Shown: piece after piece, positions 61,348 to 64,000 of the stretch
Layout of the letters: the number at the start of each line of letters is the position of its first letter
Numbering within the stretch: the first letter of the stretch is position 1
Source: Lama guanicoe
Taxonomy: Eukaryota
Assembly (NCBI GenBank): GCA_013239625.1
Contig: MU053873.1
Location: forward strand, 1,440,524 to 1,504,523
Direction: 5' to 3'
DNA length: 64,000 nt
Notes under the pieces: generated by a model
What the model saw: the letters and a program-made list of their open reading frames with translations, nothing else
Database searches by the model: none
Told to the model about the DNA's origin: nothing
Program-made: the position numbers and the translations under genes

Positions 61348-62799
61348 TTTTTTTCAGTAGTTAGTGAATCTTTTAATTCCCACACTGTTAGCTTCAGTGT
61401 CTCTCCTAATTCTCTCTGCTCACCATTTTTTTTTTCCATTTTGCTTCTGGTTTTACCACTTTCCCCAGGACCATTCTGTGTGTGCAAAGGCACACATCCT
61501 GTGTTCTGTGGTAGGGGGAGGATTGTTAGGGCAGGGGCACAAACCTCATGCCGAAGCCAGATGATTTCTTGGAGAATGTTCAGGAAATTCCCTGGTTTTC
61601 TTCTTGGCATGACTTTATGTTCCGCCTATGCCACACCCACAGAGCAAAGGCACAAGAGATGGGCAGTTCAGAACCATTACTCTAGAGGACTTCAAACTTC
61701 TTTCATTGTTTATTTTTAAAGCTTAGAAGAGAAACTCCAGATGATGGTACACACATTTTATAATCTGACATAAACTTTAACACTGGGAATTCCTCCAGTG
61801 CTAGAAAACAATACCTACTTAGTTATTTAACTCCTGGTTGTCATTTCATCTTTCACTGCTTATCAAATTTCTAGTTTCTTTTCAACATGATTTTCCCATA
61901 AACTTGTTACTTTAACACTTTTGATATAATTAGTTTAAAAATAATTTTGGGAAAAGAAATAGCTGATGGGACATGAAATAATCATGATTAGGAGAAGATT
62001 TCTTTTAGAAGTTGATACTGAATGTACCAAAAGCCATGGAGAGAAAAACAATTCACAGCTGCAGATTTGGTTAGAACATTTTGTTTAGGCCATTTGGGCC
62101 TCTGACTATGAGTTGCAAACTAAATAATGGTGTTTTCTAAAATAGCCTCCAATCTCTTGCATGTGCTTTCAGCATATAATAAGACAGACTGGTAACAAAT
62201 GGAAGTGTAGTTTTCTGGAGAGATAGGAATGATTACTCCCAGCTGAGCAGGTGAAACACATTGCTACATGAAGAATGTGTTCTTTGCTGATTCTCAAGGT
62301 TTTATTTATTCTTATTTTTAATATAAAGTGTCAGCAAATAGAAGCAAAAGAAATTCCACTTGAAAATATCAGAAAATAAAAGAAGCATAGCAAATTTTAT
62401 TGCAGGTAAAAATCCATTTTAGCCAGCAAACAAACAAGCATTGGCTGAGAAGCTTGCTGATGGCTCCTTTTGTTTCCCTTTGATTTAAAGCCTCATTCCT
62501 GTAATCTAATTAACATCGAACTGAGTTGCAAGTACAGTGGCCTGTTTGGTTCAATAATAATACATTTATATGAAAGGTTAATGAAATGAATTTTCCCTCC
62601 ATCCAATTCATTAAAAATTGTTCTGCAATCAACGGTTGCTAATGGAATAAAGATTAAATATTCATGTTCATAAATTTTCTGTGTCATTTCTGATTTTCCT
62701 TCATTTCTGGCTCCCTAGGTTGAATTTTGCAAGTATAAGAATTCCCAAACAAAAAGCTTGATTTCGAGGGCAATTGCATACTATTTGTTCTTTTATCAA

Positions 62800-63005
62800 A
62801 GAAGTAGTGTAATAGTGTGAAGAGTTTTTGGCAGCAGGTTGGTCTCACTTTATAGCTGCATGATTTGGGGCAAGTTTCATAACCACTTATTTTGTGCAGT
62901 AGTTGTCATAGGAACTCTTGCAGACTATTGTGAGCATTAATGATAAACTATGGAAAACAACTGGTTCGGTATTTGGCACAGGGTAGCAGTTCGACAAATG
63001 ATAGA
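62800..63005 (+). mobile_element. MIR SINE
   Basis: 'agctgcatgatttggggcaagtttcataacc...ttgtgagcattaaatgata...tttggcacagggtag'. Confidence 0.6.
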
Positions 63006-63699
63006 TAGCGTCACAGGTTTCAGAGGATACCTACATATATGCACTAAAACTTAACGACAGTTTGTAGTGGCAGGACTGATATGGTTTAAAGTTGAACTCT
63101 TGTTAATTCTAAAATAGGTGTCAGGCTTGGGCCCCACAACATCTTGTGGTAGTTCTAATCAGTGTATCAGGATGATGTCTCTGAGATGGGGGACTTTTTC
63201 ATGTTTCTACAGATAGATTTTCGGTCATCTATTTTCTGCCACCTCTTTCTTCTTTTTCCACCTAGGCCAAAGGAGTTTATTTAAGGAGCATATGATATTT
63301 CTCCCAAACAATGAATTTACTGGATGTTTGAAGCCTACTCAATCAAATGCCAAAAATGTAAATAAATAGCAATTTTGATTTAAAAATTTCCCTAAACATA
63401 TTACCTACTGTACAAACTTTTTAAATGGAAGATGCCAAACATAAATTATTTATTTCCTTAATGACTCAAGGTGATCATTATGATCATTAATTTTTGTTTT
63501 GTCCCTAATTTTTGTCACCCATTTTACCAGAGGTGATTTCTGTTCTTGAAGCTGGTACAGCAGATGAACCACTTGGTTAAATAGCAAATGCCAAATTGAG
63601 TGTAACACTGTTGGTGAGAAATTCACTTCTTCTCAACTTGTTAAAAAAGTACCCACTCTTTGTTTCAAATTTCATATGTGCTTTAATTAGCAATCATTG

Positions 63700-63860
63700 T
63701 TGCAACCCTTTGAGGTCATGATTATCATCTTCACTGTAAGTGAAATGGAACACGAAGTTGGGTGAAGTTAAGTGTCTTGGCTAAAGGCACACAGCTAAAA
63801 AGCAACTGAGGTAGGATTCTAATTCAGCCTTATGAGTCCTTTCTATTCTACTGCAGCTGC
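63700..63860 (-). mobile_element. MIR SINE
   Basis: 'gtgaagttaagtgtcttggctaaaggcacacagctaaaaagc...ggattctaattcag'. Confidence 0.65.
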
Positions 63861-64000
63861 CCTGGGAGTAAGTCACACAGCTTCAGTTCAGAGTTTTTGT
63901 AGTAGTTATTTTACTTATCTAGTATATGCCCTTTCACTTTGTGTTTGGAGATTTGTTGTTAGAGGAAGACCAAATTCTAGAACTGCTCTGTCTAATACAG

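Noticed and set aside
61246..61719. 157-aa ORF downstream of the LTR TATA box, a possible gag start
   Set aside because: No primer-binding site or Gag motif follows the LTR end. The ORF has a GTG start and a low-complexity hydrophobic translation.
1..64000. CRISPR arrays, operons or prokaryotic defence systems
   Set aside because: The sequence is mammalian and repeat-rich. No repeat-spacer arrays or gene-dense regions are present.

Overview
This window is mammalian nuclear DNA, not prokaryotic. A tRNA-derived Vic-1-type SINE at 27.1-27.3 kb points to a camelid (camel, llama or alpaca). I could not identify any host protein-coding exon, rRNA, tRNA gene or CRISPR array. The ORF track consists of LINE-1 remnants and chance ORFs. 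The window is dense in transposable-element relics: MIR, L2, old L1M, younger lineage-specific L1s with target-site duplications (TSDs), Tigger and hAT DNA elements, and two LTRs. Most L1s lie on the minus strand and the plus strand looks T/G-rich, which suggests but does not prove a large intron of a plus-strand gene. Four observations stand out. (1) A TSD-flanked 2.4-kb L1 keeps its 5'UTR and a nearly intact ORF1, then jumps at an AG directly to the ORF2 C-terminus, like a spliced or half-L1 non-autonomous element. (2) A cluster of four 8-9 bp perfect-stem hairpins lies at 50.79-50.99 kb, one with a pocket followed by ACA. (3) An ERV LTR carries a triplicated NF-kB-like/CCAAT-like module. 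(4) The camelid SINE contains an exact 48-bp tandem duplication. Repeat family names come from recalled consensus motifs, not database searches, and the boundaries of old elements are approximate.
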